Of a stretch of 64,000 nt of DNA, positions 49,291 to 62,215 are shown in pieces. The notes under the pieces were generated by a model. It had not been told where the DNA came from. It worked only from the letters and a program-made list of their open reading frames with translations, and ran no database searches. Source of the DNA: Entomortierella parvispora E1425 (Eukaryota > Fungi > Mortierellomycota); the NCBI GenBank assembly GCA_020891255.1, contig BQFW01000012.1, positions 2,604,001-2,668,000 of the forward strand. Direction: 5' to 3'. The translations under genes were made by a program, and so were the position numbers. The first letter of the stretch is position 1. Every line of letters begins with the position of its first letter.

Positions 49291-50582
49291 CTACAATGAG
49301 AAGAATGCAGACACGGCGACGAGCACCACGCTGGTGGCCGTCAAAGCCAACTTGTTGGCGCTAGCAGCCTTGGCCTTGGCTTCAGTGACCACGCCTTCCT
49401 CCGATCCCTCTGAGGGGATGTTCTCGTCCACCACTGGCGTCACCTCCTTGGGCTTCACGAGTGGCGTTTGCTCAGTGCCGACATTCTTGACACCGACCAC
49501 GGGGGCCTTGGCAGCGGGGGCCTTGGCAGCGGGCTTCTTGTCGAGTGAGTTTTGGTAAGGATTGGGGTCATTCACACACTGTGCAATATCCATGGGCTCC
49601 AGACCCTTCTTCATGCCCATATCCAAAAGTGGTCCTGCGACATTGACAGTCTGGGTAAAGAGATCATGTTCAAGAGTGATGACGCCTCCCTTCAACTTTG
49701 GCACAGTCGAAAGCGCCCACTTGAAGTTCCTGAAGACCTCCTTGTTGGTAATGGTCTTGTCAGGGATTTGCCAATCGTTCGAGTCCCACTCCTTGGTCCA
49801 GATCACGGTCACATAACCAAGTTGACGCAAGATCTCGCGGACGCGGTTGTCGACATCACCATATGGGGGGCGCCAGTACTTTGTCCTAAGCCCCGTTACA
49901 TCAAAGACAATCTTCTCTGCCCACTTGACCTCGGCCACAATCTGCTCGTTTGTCAACGAGGTCATACCCGCGTGGGACCAGGCTGGGGAAAAAAAATGTG
50001 AAGACATGAAGGACGGTCAGGTTCAAGATCAAATGACGGCACCTCAACCTTTTGTCCTCAGTCAAACAACAGAGCGATCGAAAACTTACTGTGCAATCCA
50101 ATGTGATGGCCATCTTTGACTTCCTGAAGGAGGGTCTCTGGGTACTCAAGGACACGGCTTCCGACCACGAAGAAGGTACTGGTAACATTGGCCTGCTTCA
50201 ACTTCTTGAGCAAGCGTGGGGTTTCCTCACTTGGGCCATCATCATAGGTCAATCCCCAAGCCTTCGCACGTGGACAAACCTCGATGTCGTCCTTGGCCAC
50301 ACATCCATCACAGGTCCACCAACAGGCGTCCTTTGGGATCAATTTTTTGCTGGAGGGGCAGTCAGGACAGTCGGGGTACTTGGCCTTGGCGAGGGGCAGT
50401 TTGGGGACTTTAGACCAGTCGATCTCAGCAACCCACTTTTTCACAATAGCAGAGTTGACGTCAGGGAGCTCATCTTTGGGTGGATACTGTTTTTGCTGCT
50501 TCTTGCTCATCTCTGCAAAGGTGGAAGGCACCATGGTGACAACAGCCATGACCAAGGTCACGGATAGGAAGGAGGGACGCAT
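49291..50582 (-). CDS. CDA: Chitin deacetylase (CE4/NodB), secreted and probably GPI-anchored; 2 exons
   Basis: Signal peptide, GLTYDDGP, spliced HTWSH, YWRPPYGD, LEHD, and a hydrophobic C-terminus. Confidence 0.93.
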
Positions 50583-51107
50583 CGTTTTTGCTGTGCTTTT
50601 TTTTTTTTTTGGGTGACGGGAAACTCTGTGCGCGTTTGAAGACTAGAGGAGGAAATTAGTCGAAAAAGAAGGAAGGGAGAGGATGGAGAAACAGAAATGA
50701 AGGAAGAGCGGGAGGTGAAAGGGTAGAAGGTGTCTGTTCTCGTCTGTCCATTCCTAGGGTAAACTCTTCCCCCAAAGGAGATCCGGGTTTGGACCGAGAG
50801 TCAAAAGGAGAACGAAAGGTGATTTCAGACCAAACTGAACGCGAGCATTTCGTACAGCGATAGAGTTACCCCTGGCCACAGGTGGTCTCTTAAAGTGGAG
50901 CAGATGGGATGAATGAGGATCGCACAAAGGGTGCACAAAGTGAAAACTTGTTCGCTATCCTTCCATGATTCTACATCAGTCGATCAATCGACTTGGACTC
51001 CCCTTTATCTCACAAGAGCACAGCGCAGCCAGGTGGCCAGGTGGGGGGGCAGATGGACTGTTGCACTTTCATTGGACTGTGCTAAAACGCACTTTTAGTA
51101 TTTAGAA

Positions 51108-52484
51108 CTAGAGAAGGGCCTTCGTGGAACGACGCTGCTTGAGGTCCTCAAGGCAAGACTGGAGTGCTTTGTTGGTCTCGTCAGGCTTCTCCACCATGAC
51201 AAAATGACTGGCTGTGATCGAGGTAGTCTTGAGCTGGGGGATAAAATCCTTCATCTTGGCGGCCATGTGGGGTCTCAAGAACATGTCGTTCTCTGCAAGA
51301 ATGATCCATGCGGGCAGATTGATGTTTTTCTGGTCCACCACTGAGCGCTCATCGTCAAAGTTGATCCTCGTTGTCTTGTAGTAGTTGAGAGGTCCACGGA
51401 AAGTCGAGTGCTTGAATTGGCTGACAATATACTCCAGGTCTTGATCGTTCAAGTTTTCCATGGCCAGCACATTGCCAAGTATGGCGTCCACCTAAAAAAA
51501 GGAAATCAACAATTGCATCCTGCTTAGCCTCTCTTTCTCTTTTGTTTCGTTTTCATTTCAATGTTTTTCCAGTTCTTCACTTACGGCATGGTCCATCTTG
51601 GCCAAGGTCTCGGGATTGGCCAAACTGAGTTGGTATTCAAACTCGGGGATGGCCTTGACAATCTCCTCGAGCGATCGGAACGCAGGTGAAGGTGGGTTGT
51701 ATGGGGTGCAGATGCTGTACGTCCAGGGCAGGGGATTCACCTTTTAGTTGGACAGGCCTCTCTCATAATAGTCAAAGCAGATCCATTTGAGCTGCATCAG
51801 TATGGTGGGGGTGGGGTTTGTTTGTTGCAGTTACCTGATGATTCCATGGACTCGGTTAGGATGGTAAAGTCCAAAGCGCCAGACGATAGCTCCACCCCAA
51901 TCGTGGCCAATCAAGGTAATCTTGGGGATGTTGAGAGCATCGAGGAAACCAACGAGTTGGTCACAGATACTCTTTAGCCCGTATACTTGCAGCTCTTGTG
52001 GTGCTTCCTATATGAGAAAATGCAAATGTGTGTTCAGAGAGCGTTGGTGTTCACAATTAGCTCAAACGCAACAATGCATCCCTGATATTCTCATCTGGCC
52101 ACATTTTTCTCCTCAACGGACTTACCGTTTGACCGTAGCCGAGAGTGTCGACAACAAGGACACGGTATCCGAGCTTTGCCAAGAAACCAATCTGGTGTCT
52201 CCAGCCATACCAGATATCAGGGAATCCATGGACAAGAAGGAGAGGCTCTCCCTTGGGATCGCCTTCCTCAACATAGTCTATCAGGCAAAAGTAAGAAGAG
52301 CAGACATCAGTTGGAGTTGAGAGTTTGCTTTAACGTGTCCGAACGACGTGAATCTCAGGAGCGTTCTCATACGGTATTTGTAGCCGCGAGTGGTAACAAA
52401 CTTGTGGTGGAAGCTATAGAACAGGATGTCCAGTCAAGAATGACAATAATGTGAGAAAGCCGTGAGAAGAACAAAGAGCCTCAC

Positions 52485-52515
<31 letters not shown>

Positions 52516-52559
52516 GAACGAGTCTTTTGTTACCTGTTAGGGTCAATGTGAGCAGACAT
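51108..52559 (-). CDS. Soluble epoxide hydrolase-like alpha/beta hydrolase; multi-exon
   Basis: Spliced start MSAHIDPNSFHHKFVTTRGYKY, HGFPDIW, DTLGYGQT, IGHDWGGAIVW, GPLNYYK, HFVMVEKP. Confidence 0.9.
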
Positions 52560-52930
52560 GATGTTTGGGTAAAAGAGAGTGGAGGTGGATGGGGCAAAGA
52601 GAAGGAGAGAAGGAGAGAGAAGAGGGAAAGAGAAGAGAGGAAAAGAAAAAGGAGGATGAAGTCCGTTCCACGAGCCGATGAAATTGCGATGCAAGGCGAC
52701 ACGACGCCGAGGCCGACCATACGATTGCCAATTTCTCGATCACAATTGGAACAGTTGCGTCGGGAGGCGGAACCCGTGGACGACGATCCTGCCTGAGAAC
52801 GGGAGAACGGGAGGCTGTTTGCCACCAATCTTGGGAACAGTCACAGTTGTTTTTGTTCTTTTTTTTTTTCTTCCTTGTGCACAGGCATGTTCTACATCTC
52901 CTGGCAACCCAACGCATCACAACTTCAAAC

Positions 52931-54486
52931 ATGGACGCAATGGACAAGGCCAAGGACTCTTTTCTCGAGTTGCTGGCTACTCTGGAGGGCGATGAACTTC
53001 TCTCGTTTGAAACCTTTGTTGGTGTTGCTATCGGTAACTGCCCGAGACACCACAAGCTCTGATCCCGGCGAAGAGGCAGGAAACTCATCTTCAGGAAACT
53101 TGTATTCACACGGCCTGCTTTTCTTGACCTCTATAATAGAGGAGAGACTCCATATCATGAACAAGGAGAATGAACAACTGCAGATGCAGAGCCAGGGTCA
53201 AGATCAGGGTCATGAGCACCACGCAGGATGCAACCACGATCACGCCAACACAGGGACGATTGAGCGCTCTACAGGCTCAAAGATCTTTAGACTGAACAAG
53301 ATCATCCAGGACCTTCGAGACAAATTACCTATCAACGCAGAGGCTCCCAACGAGCAAGTCACGATTCCAAAGTCAGAAGAGGTAATTTTGAAAGCCGGCG
53401 GCAATGGAACGCTCTGAATGACCCCCTCCTTGAGAAAGGAACGTGGTATTAACCCCTAGTCTCAAATCGGTTTGTAGTTTGAGGGTTATACCAAGGACAA
53501 CGTGGTCCATGTGGATGGCTTTTTGTACACGGAGGATGATGTTGACGAGCTTTGCGACAGTGGAAAGTTGTCTCGTAACATTTGTCTCAAGTGCGGATCC
53601 AAGGACACCAAGCCCCTCAACTTTATCTCTCACTCTGCCACAGTCGTTCAACTCCAGTTTTTGTACCAAGTGCTGCTCAAGGATGCTTCTAAGGGCAAAA
53701 CTATTCTGGATATTGGTTCTCGATTGGGTGCCATGCTCTATGCTGTAAGTACCCGTCGACTTTTCTTTTGACTGAAGACCACAGCAGGACCGGTCCATTG
53801 AAGCTAACATCCTCGTCGACACTGACAACAATAGGGATACTTGTTCACGGATGCCAAGAAGTTGATTGGTGTGGAGATGAACGACTACTTTTGCAAACTC
53901 CAACAGGATATGGTCAGGAAACACAGAATGCAAGACAGGATCGAGGTAAGAGATTGCATCGTGCAATGTTTTTGCTCTGAAGTACAGCTTTCGTCAACTC
54001 ATGATTGACTCCTTTGGTACGCTCTGCTTCCACAATGACATTTAGATTGTGCACGACAACTTGCTGAACCGTGATGCGTTGTTGCAAGGAGCGGATATTG
54101 TGATCATGAACAACGTCTTCCAGTTCTTTGCCCCAGTAGAGATTCAACGTCAACTTTGGGAGTTTGTATACAACAACATTCGTCATCGTAAGGGAACATT
54201 GTTGATCACCATTCCCTCTCTTCAGGAACAACTCAAGGATGCTGGCTTTGACATGGGCGGTAAAAAGCCGAAGAGCAAAAAGAAGAAGGTTCCTGCCAAG
54301 CCTCCAGGTGCAGTCTCCGCACCCTCCACGCCATCAAACGAGTCCGAGGCCACCATCTCCATTGGCAACATCACGAGCTGGCTCAGAGTGGTCGATGTCC
54401 GCGTCACTGGCGAGGAGTTTGTAGAAGAAATGACAGAAGACGATCTGGAGGACCTCAAGATGATTCACATCTACGAAGTCATTTAA
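52931..54486 (+). CDS. Uncharacterised class I SAM-dependent methyltransferase with a CxxC motif; multi-exon
   Basis: HVDGFLYTEDDVDELCDSGKLSRNICLKCGS, ILDIGSRLGAMLYAGY, IGVEMN, DIVIMNNVFQFF. Resembles the vertebrate 2700097O09Rik/zgc:109986 family from memory. Confidence 0.8.
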
Positions 54487-54642
54487 GCGTGTCCTTTCTG
54501 TTTATTTAAAATACATTCTTTTTTGTTTGAAATGCTATGCTACTTGTCGATTCGTGTGTGATGGGGGGGGGTAGCGGAGAGAACTAGGGGACATTACATG
54601 AACAGTGAGTTTTTTTTTCATCTCTTCGTGCAATATCAACGA

Positions 54643-57162
54643 TTATGAAGAAAGTTGAGATCTCGATTGATGGTCGAAATTTTCTGGCGCTGTTACGGCT
54701 CGATTGGACGAGAACTCTGCCTGAGGACTCATGGCGACAACAGCTGCTGGCTCGGCATCTTGGGCAGTGGTGACCAGGGTCGCACCATCCTCCTCATGAA
54801 ACTCTGTCTTCTCCGTGAGAGGTATAAGAACAGCGTGGGTCACTTCCGTGTTGGCTGGCCCTGAATCTGAATCTGAGAAAGCACCATCCTGAGGTATTTG
54901 ATGTGGTGTATTGGCCTGGTCTGCCCTCCGCTTTCGACGCCCAAAAACGCTGTTGCTCGAGAAAAGTCCGCCATTATTGTTGTTATGGCCGGTGCCTGGA
55001 ACAGAAACCGATATGGGCGTCGCTGGAGCTGTAAAAGGGGTCCCGGGCATCGTACTAGCTCGAACCATTTGACGGATGGCATCAAAAGGTACAGCGCGCA
55101 AGCCTATCGGTCCCAAGTCCAAGTTTTCTTTTTCGTCCTCAAGTGTACTTTGTTCGTCGTCGTCATTTGTGTGAAGGTCGATTGTACTCTTGGATTTCTT
55201 GATTGTTTCTGCTTGGGAAGCACTCCTGGATGTCTGGAGAAGCACAACTCCTGCACAAATAACAAAGAATCCAAGGACAACTGTCATGATCGAAGCTGGA
55301 CTGGCCGAGAAACCCTGAAACAAGATGACAGAGGCAACCAAAGAGGCACTGGTGAAGAAGACGTAGTACACAGGTGTGACCATTGCAGTGTTGAACAAGT
55401 TCAGAGCCTTGTTCAGGTAGTTGATCTCGGTTACCAGAGTGCAAAAAACAAACACAATTGTCACGTAAATGAACCAGTGGTTGAATTGAGGCGTTCCTGT
55501 CGTAATGTTGTGGACAATCGCCGCACCCAGACCTTGAGTGGCAACAACGGACAGCGATCCGATCAAAGAGCAGACCGTGATGTAGACCAGCATGTGCTTC
55601 TTTCCGTATTTTGGCGCCACTTTCCAGATAATGCTGAAGCTTACGAGGATCACTAGACACATGTACACCAGAAAACCTAGAAGGGAGCAGACAAGCAAAA
55701 AAAAAAAAAAAAAGGAAGAACTTGTCAGTCTTGTTGGATGGGCCTGTTTATATCTGCACAGTCACGACGCTCTCGTTGCCACAGCAGCACAGCAACGCTC
55801 CGCAGCCGACCTCTTCGATGACTGGCGCTCAAGCGCACTCCAATGGACGTCAACCATCCAAATGAAATCCCAAAAGGAATATAAAGCCAGGACGACCATT
55901 GTTTGAAAAACGCTTTACCTGGCTGAATAATGAAGTGCTTGAACTCATCAATGTCGGTGACCGCGGCCTGGGCTAAAATCAAGAAGAGGAAAGGGAGAGC
56001 AGCACCGCTGGTTAGCCGATCAGTTGCTGCTCCAACTGAATCACAATGGCAAGTTCTTGCATGGCGAATAACATACCTGGGGCATGAAGGACAATGACAA
56101 TTGCGCCCACAATACACAACGCACACCCGATTTTGCCATGAAGGTTCAGTTTTTCCTTGAGAATAAAGGAGGACAGGACCGCGCTAGATTCGACAAGGGC
56201 GAAAACATGGTTATTGCTTCTGGTGTAGAAGAGAGCGTGACTTGAAAGCACCGCTGTGCGCACTCTTTGACACCATCGCTACATACCAGACTACGACACT
56301 GAGAGCTCCCAGTGGGGTAACAATCAGAGCTGGCGCAAACGAATACGCTACAAAGTTACATATTTCACCAATGATCACTAAGAATTCCCAAGGTTGGAGA
56401 GACCGGGTGGTTAATGTCGACCCAACACGGACTGGATGGCACCATCACTCAAGAGAATAGATGTGGCAAAGGAGCAAGAAACACGACAATAAGTTGATGG
56501 CAGATAAAAGGGTGGTTGAGGTTGATCTCACTTACTAATGACCATGCCTGTCCACCACAATGGAGAACGCAGATACGCATGTCCTTCGCCTGCAATGACA
56601 CTAGTTCGAAGTAGTCCCTTCTTTTTCAGGACAAAAGAAGAGCCGATAAACATGCCTATCGCACAATCGAAAAACGGAGGAACGTAAGGCATTCAGTCAG
56701 TGTCAGTCAGTGTCAGTCTGCCTCGGCGAATTCTCGGATTCCAATCTTCCCAAGAATATGACACAAACAAACAGAAAAAAAAATACGCGCGCGCAACGCT
56801 GCCAACCCCATCAAGAACGACAAGGCAGGGAAAAGGGGGGAGATGAGAACGAGGAGAGGGACCGATCCTCGGACGGGTGAAGAGTTGCGACAGCGTACAC
56901 GGGGGGAAGTAGTCTGAGATAGAATCGGTGTCTTTTACAAAAAACGAAAGTGCAGTTTTTCATGAACTCTGTGCTCACTCTCTGCCATTGTCGAATGCGG
57001 TGGAATGAGCATGCGGGTCGAATGAGGAAAAGTAGGAGACAACGAAGGAAAGAAGGCGGCCATACCGCTAGAGACTGCAAGGGCCATGCCGATGAACTTG
57101 TAATACGTTGGAGGCGGAGCTGCCCCGCTGCCTCCAGGGGCAGATGCAGAAGAGTCGGCCAT
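54643..57162 (-). CDS. NIPA-family magnesium transporter; multi-exon
   Basis: [84 protein letters not shown]. Confidence 0.93.
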
Positions 57163-57786
57163 CAAGGATTGGTGGTGATTCGAGGAGCCGGATTGCAGGG
57201 GGAGAAAGGGAAAGGGGAGGACGGGAGCGGCTGTATGTGAGAGAGAGTGTGTGAGTGAGAGAAGAACCGAAGGACTGAAAGGTGGAGCTGTCAGTCAGTT
57301 GAACAAGAAAGGGATGAAGACCGGAAGAAAGAGAAAGGAACCTGCAGGATGAAGAAAGCAAAAGGAGCGAAGGGCGCAAGCAGGCAAGTTGGAAGGACAT
57401 GCCAAAAATAAAAGGGCCCTTTGGTTTGGACAGCAAAACACCATTGCGGACTGAATGATCCATGGTCTGTCCCTGTTCTTCTGCCCTTTCACTCTATCTG
57501 CGTCTGCTGTTGCCAATCAAGACCCCGGATGGACCATGTCGTAATGATTTTGCCTCCCGCAGGCCCGTGCTGCGAACAGACGCTGGCTGCATGTGCCACC
57601 GTACATCGGAGGCTATCTCCATCAAGCTTTCACCTCTGCGGTCATTGTTTTTTTGGCAAGAAATGACGGTGCGCCACCAATCTTTGGGGACGGTCACCCA
57701 AGGACAGGATCTTTCTGTATTATTAGGATCTCTCAAGGTCCCTCTCTCTCTCTACAGGTGCAACGTCTACACAACCATCCGTTTTT

Positions 57787-60577
57787 TTACAGCATGCCAG
57801 CCGCCATCGCAACAAGCAATCCTGCGGTGAATGTCCGCCACAGCCCCGCGTTCTCAGGAGAGAGCAACAGTGGCAGTCCGCTCGCACCGCCCATCAGGCG
57901 GATCGGACCACCGAATCCTCCAAAGTGTATCTGATGCACCTGACTATTGTTGGCCGCAGAAGGCGCCGAGGCGGCCGTCGCCTTGGGGGACTGAGCGGAT
58001 GAGTCAATGTTGCCATGGCTGCCACCACTCCCAGCGAGTCCCAGTGTGCTGGCGTTACTTGTGGCCGCTACACGCACCACGCCGATCTTCTCTGCAGCTT
58101 TGGCTAATCGGCCCTCGCTCGCCAGCACATCTACAGAGCCATGGTCAGAGGGGCCAAAGCAATTCTGACCTCGCCCAAATCCGATCCTGCCAAAGTCTGC
58201 ATCCCCTGGCTGAGCATCGTCGTTTCCACGCTCGAAATAGACCACTTTGCCAGCGAAGAGGGTCTCGCCCAAGATCGTGCCCACACTCCCCGGCATCACG
58301 GCTCCTCCACTAGCTGCCTCAGACTCGATTGCATCCGGTGATGTGCTCGAGGCGAATCCTATTACAGTAAAGACGAACAGTCAAGACTTTAGTTTTTTTT
58401 CTTCATTGAGATGGAGAGTTGCGATCAAGCGGTCGAGAAACAATAATTCAATAGACACTTTTTTTCTTACCATGCCACCAAAAGTCAACGTAGCCCGGAG
58501 GGGCCTGTCCGGCAGGCACGGCCTTGATCCTCAGAAAACTGGATGTGTAAATTGGAATAGACACCCCAGACATGACCACCTCTACCGCCCTTGCAGCTGT
58601 GGCGATTTGAAAACTGGAGCGCGGAAGTCTCAAGACCGCGTTCTTGAACCAAAAGTTGTTTACATCCTGCTGAGGGATCAAGCTGGACCACTGCACAATC
58701 GAGGACTGGGCCAGAGCTTGGATCAGGAACTGGAGATTGTAGTGGCTCATCAGAATGTTGGTAGTGCCGCTGTCAACAATTGTCTTTGGCAAGTTCAGGT
58801 TCTGCATGCCTTCGATCTTCTGGCCCATGACTTTAAATCCATCGAGCTGAACTTGGTACCAGTCCTTCTTGACCAGAGGGACAAACTGCATCGGCTCTGC
58901 CAGGTGTGCTTTGGAATAACCCCCGAGGAACATGTTGCCCGACTTTGTAGTGTTGGCTGTTCGTCCACAGAGCTGTAATGCAAACCCGTTGGGGATCTTC
59001 ATTGCAGCCGACAAGGTGTCAAACAAGGTCGGTTTGCGATCTACACTTAGAGAGCGATACCCGAGACCCCAGATGCCATGCTGAGCCCCACACTCCTGAC
59101 TGAAGAAGCCCGAATTTTCCATGATGGCTGCAAACTCGACGTTGGTTTCTTTTTCCATGGTGATTTCAGAGTTCAAAACCGTAGCAGAAAGGCTGGTTTG
59201 GTTCTTGCTGTCCTTGCTGTCTTTGTTGTCATTGATGGGCGTTGCCACTTTGGCCATCTCCAGTGTCAACAAGTCGGATGTCATCACGCCATTCCAACCA
59301 ACAGAATGCGATTTGATCCCGTAGCTGACACGGATCGTCTGACCATGCTCCCGGGAGGTGCTTGAGAGAGGGTAGAGATTCTCTGCGGGAGCCACCGCCA
59401 ACACTTTCCCTGGAGGCGTCGTTTGTGCCTTCTGCGTCTGGATCGATTCTTTTGCTATAATCTGATTAAATTTTGGGGTCGAGGCGAGGTTGTTTTTCAG
59501 AGCTGAAGCCATGGACTTCAGCGTGCTCTTCCGTGCCAAAAAGTCATCCATGTTGCCTCCATTGGTGTGTTGTGATGAGATGCTATGATAAGGCACAGAG
59601 ACTGGCGAAAGCGGAGCCCCAGGAATCGGGCCATGTGGAAATTCAAAACCAGGGTGAGGAGATGGTCGTGAGACTGGCGACGTCATGAACAGCGAGTTAA
59701 TCGTGGTGGAGGTGGTCACGATCGAAAGCGTTGCGGGTGATATCGCAGCTGGTTGAGGAAGACCTTCGTTTTTTGGTGGTTCTGGACGGACAGTGTCAGG
59801 TCGTGTGATGATATTGGAAGGAATAGCACTGGTCGCGGTCCCGGTCGCAGCGCTGGGTATAGGATTGCGTATTGGCTGAAGACTAGATGCCGCAATAGGC
59901 TTGACTAGAGGAACCCGCAACAGCCTCAAAGATTCCTGATTCGTATTGGGAACACTGAGGGGATCTCTGTCGATTGGGATCTCTTCCTCTTCATTTGGGC
60001 GAAAGTGATCCTTTCGTTGAATGACACAGTCGCGGCACGCGCTGGATGCAACGGCAAAGTGGGCACTTCCGGTGTCAATGATCACATTGTACTAGTGTTT
60101 CCAAATGTTGAATGCTAGGAGTAAGAAATGTTGCACTGAGGGGATTGTTCGCGCGCTTGAAGAGAATCATCTGGGTTCAACTCTTACCTCTGAGCCAGCA
60201 ATGCGAATCTTGGTGGTGTAATCGCAATTTGGGTCCCCCTCTAGGTCAAGCTGAACAACGCCATAGTCTTCTGCAGAAACTATTACATTTGCCGATGACG
60301 GGGCTGTTGTCCCTGAAGTCTCCTTGACAGGAGTGACCACGTCGGGTGTATTGCCTTCCTGTTTTGTTTCTCTATGGGGATGAAGCAGATTTTCAATTGC
60401 GTCGGTAATTGGAGTCCAAAGAGCGGGTGCGGCTGAGCAGACTGAAGGGGAAAGGAAGGAGGGGCTGAATGAAGGACCAAACAGGAGAATCGCCACTGAA
60501 ACAAGTGCTAATTGTTGATGAACGGTCCAGATTTTGGGTGGATAACGAGCATGGCGCGAGCGCGAATGTAAGTGCAT
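57787..60577 (-). CDS. Pepsin-family (A1) aspartic protease, BACE-like, with a hydrophobic C-terminus; 3 exons
   Basis: Signal peptide, NVIIDTGSAHFAV, GIWGLGY, FALQLCG, MFLGG, WYQV, IVDSGTTN, GTILG...VVYFER...RIGF. Confidence 0.88.
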
Positions 60578-61120
60578 GGAATTGAGGCTTTGAGGTATTA
60601 AAGAGAAATGGTTGGAGTAACAAAGAGGGAAGGCAGCAGCGGAGCGATGATGGCTAGGAGCAGCGATGAATGGAAAAAGAGAGGACTAACAACGGCCGAG
60701 TGGATATTTTATCAGCAGACGGTCTGCTCTTGTTTGCTGATCAGTGCATCTGCACGGCGTTCAGGAACCGACAACGGCCAGAAAGCCATTGACTCGCAGC
60801 TGCAGCTGCAGCCGGAGCCACACATTCCATTGTACCACTGATGCACGCTATGACAGCAACTAACAGGTTCGAGCTGATCCTGGCGTCTCTCCAATTTTTA
60901 GTGAGAACAGGATAGAAAGGCATGGCGCGCGATTTATTATACTTTACAGAAAGAACAAAAAAAGAGGGGACGAAGGGAGATAGTATGACGATGAATGGAA
61001 GGTATATAACTGATTTTGACAATGAAAAAGAAAATGCTGATGGACGACAAAAACGGAGGAAAAAAAAGTTGGAGGACGCGCGTGCAAAGGAAGAGAGGAC
61101 AAAGCCGTGAATGGCTTCCA

Positions 61121-62215
61121 TCATTCTTCTCGAGACTCTTCCTTGTGGGCGCCATGTGCAAGGACTGGGGCCGGCTCACGCGACTGCATCACTCCAAGCT
61201 GTGTCCGCGCCATGGAGAGACCATAGGTCAGCTCGACCACCTCATTGTCCATAGATCCACATCCATCCCGTAGACCAGCCGCCAACTTGACGAGATCCCG
61301 AGCAATGTTTTCAAGGACGCGTGCGTGTCTTTCTCTTTCTTCTTGCTCCGTCATCAAGTTCCTGGTCTTGCGCACCTTTTCATGGAGACGGCTTTCAACA
61401 ATCTCTCCCAAATCCGTTGTAGGGATGGTATCGCATCCAATGAAGAGCTCCATCCATAGCTTGGGGCTGTTGCTGACCCAGAATTGGCCATCAACGGCCC
61501 GGTAGAAAAAAGGATTCGAGGCAATGTCCAGCTCGATCATCCCCTGCTGAACACATTGCTCCTCCAAGCGGACATTCCAGCTGGGGACCACGATCAGTTG
61601 GATGTACCAGTCGCCGACAACACGATAGTGATCTGCGAAATACAGCTTGAAATCTGGGAACAGCTGTCGTTGCATCTGACCAAACTCGACCTGGAACCGC
61701 GTCTTGCCATAGGGCGAAGTCGCGACCGGACCGCCGGCACCGGCGCCCGTTTCGTCCAACTCGCTCTCCAGGGGAGAGCCCGTTGCACAAAAAAAGAGTC
61801 CAGAGAGATTGAAGAAAGGATTCACCACGGGCGAATGGTCATCCTCTCGGACCAGATTGTACTTTTCTGCAGGGTACGAGAGTAGGAATCGGCTCTTGGA
61901 TTGTTCCAGTTGTTTCTCCTGGCGCTGTTGGTCGTCCGGATGCCAGTTTCGGTAGATGCGGCGACAGGGTTGGGATGTGGGTGGGGAGCAATAGACGAGA
62001 GCCTCTTGGTAGCGCTTTTGGATCAACGATTCCAGCATTTTGCAGTAGGCTTCGACAGGTTCGTAAGGAGGAGGGTTGTGTTCTGGAGTGTGTTGAAGAT
62101 GTTGCATTTGTGGTTGCTGCTGCTGATTTTGTTGCTGTGGCTGTTGGTGATGGTGGTGGTGGTGTTGACGGTGCTGACTGAGATCCGCAGCGAGGAAAGA
62201 TTGAATAGCACCCAT
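61121..62215 (-). CDS. PHYHIP/PHYHIPL C-terminal-domain-like protein; single-exon CDS
   Basis: IYRN, GLFFCAT, SPYGKTRFQV, KLYFADHY, LDIASNPFF and WMELFI parallel the PHYHIP motifs FYRN, GVFFSCN, SPYGRWRFQI, NLYFADFY, LDIACNKFL and LEII as recalled. Confidence 0.75.
   Translation of the reverse strand: MGAIQSFLAADLSQHRQHHHHHHQQPQQQNQQQQPQMQHLQHTPEHNPPPYEPVEAYCKMLESLIQKRYQEALVYCSPPTSQPCRRIYRNWHPDDQQRQEKQLEQSKSRFLLSYPAEKYNLVREDDHSPVVNPFFNLSGLFFCATGSPLESELDETGAGAGGPVATSPYGKTRFQVEFGQMQRQLFPDFKLYFADHYRVVGDWYIQLIVVPSWNVRLEEQCVQQGMIELDIASNPFFYRAVDGQFWVSNSPKLWMELFIGCDTIPTTDLGEIVESRLHEKVRKTRNLMTEQEERERHARVLENIARDLVKLAAGLRDGCGSMDNEVVELTYGLSMARTQLGVMQSREPAPVLAHGAHKEESREE

Noticed and set aside
56690-56720. 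Tandem GTCAGTCAGT repeats (CTGAC array on the minus strand) in a NIPA intron
   Set aside because: Most simply a short tandem expansion of the branch-point region, with no evidence of function.
58247-58978. Long antisense ORFs here and opposite AMD1, SSD1, NIPA and the VTC-like gene
   Set aside because: They mirror confidently assigned genes, are explained by codon bias, and contain no recognisable motifs.
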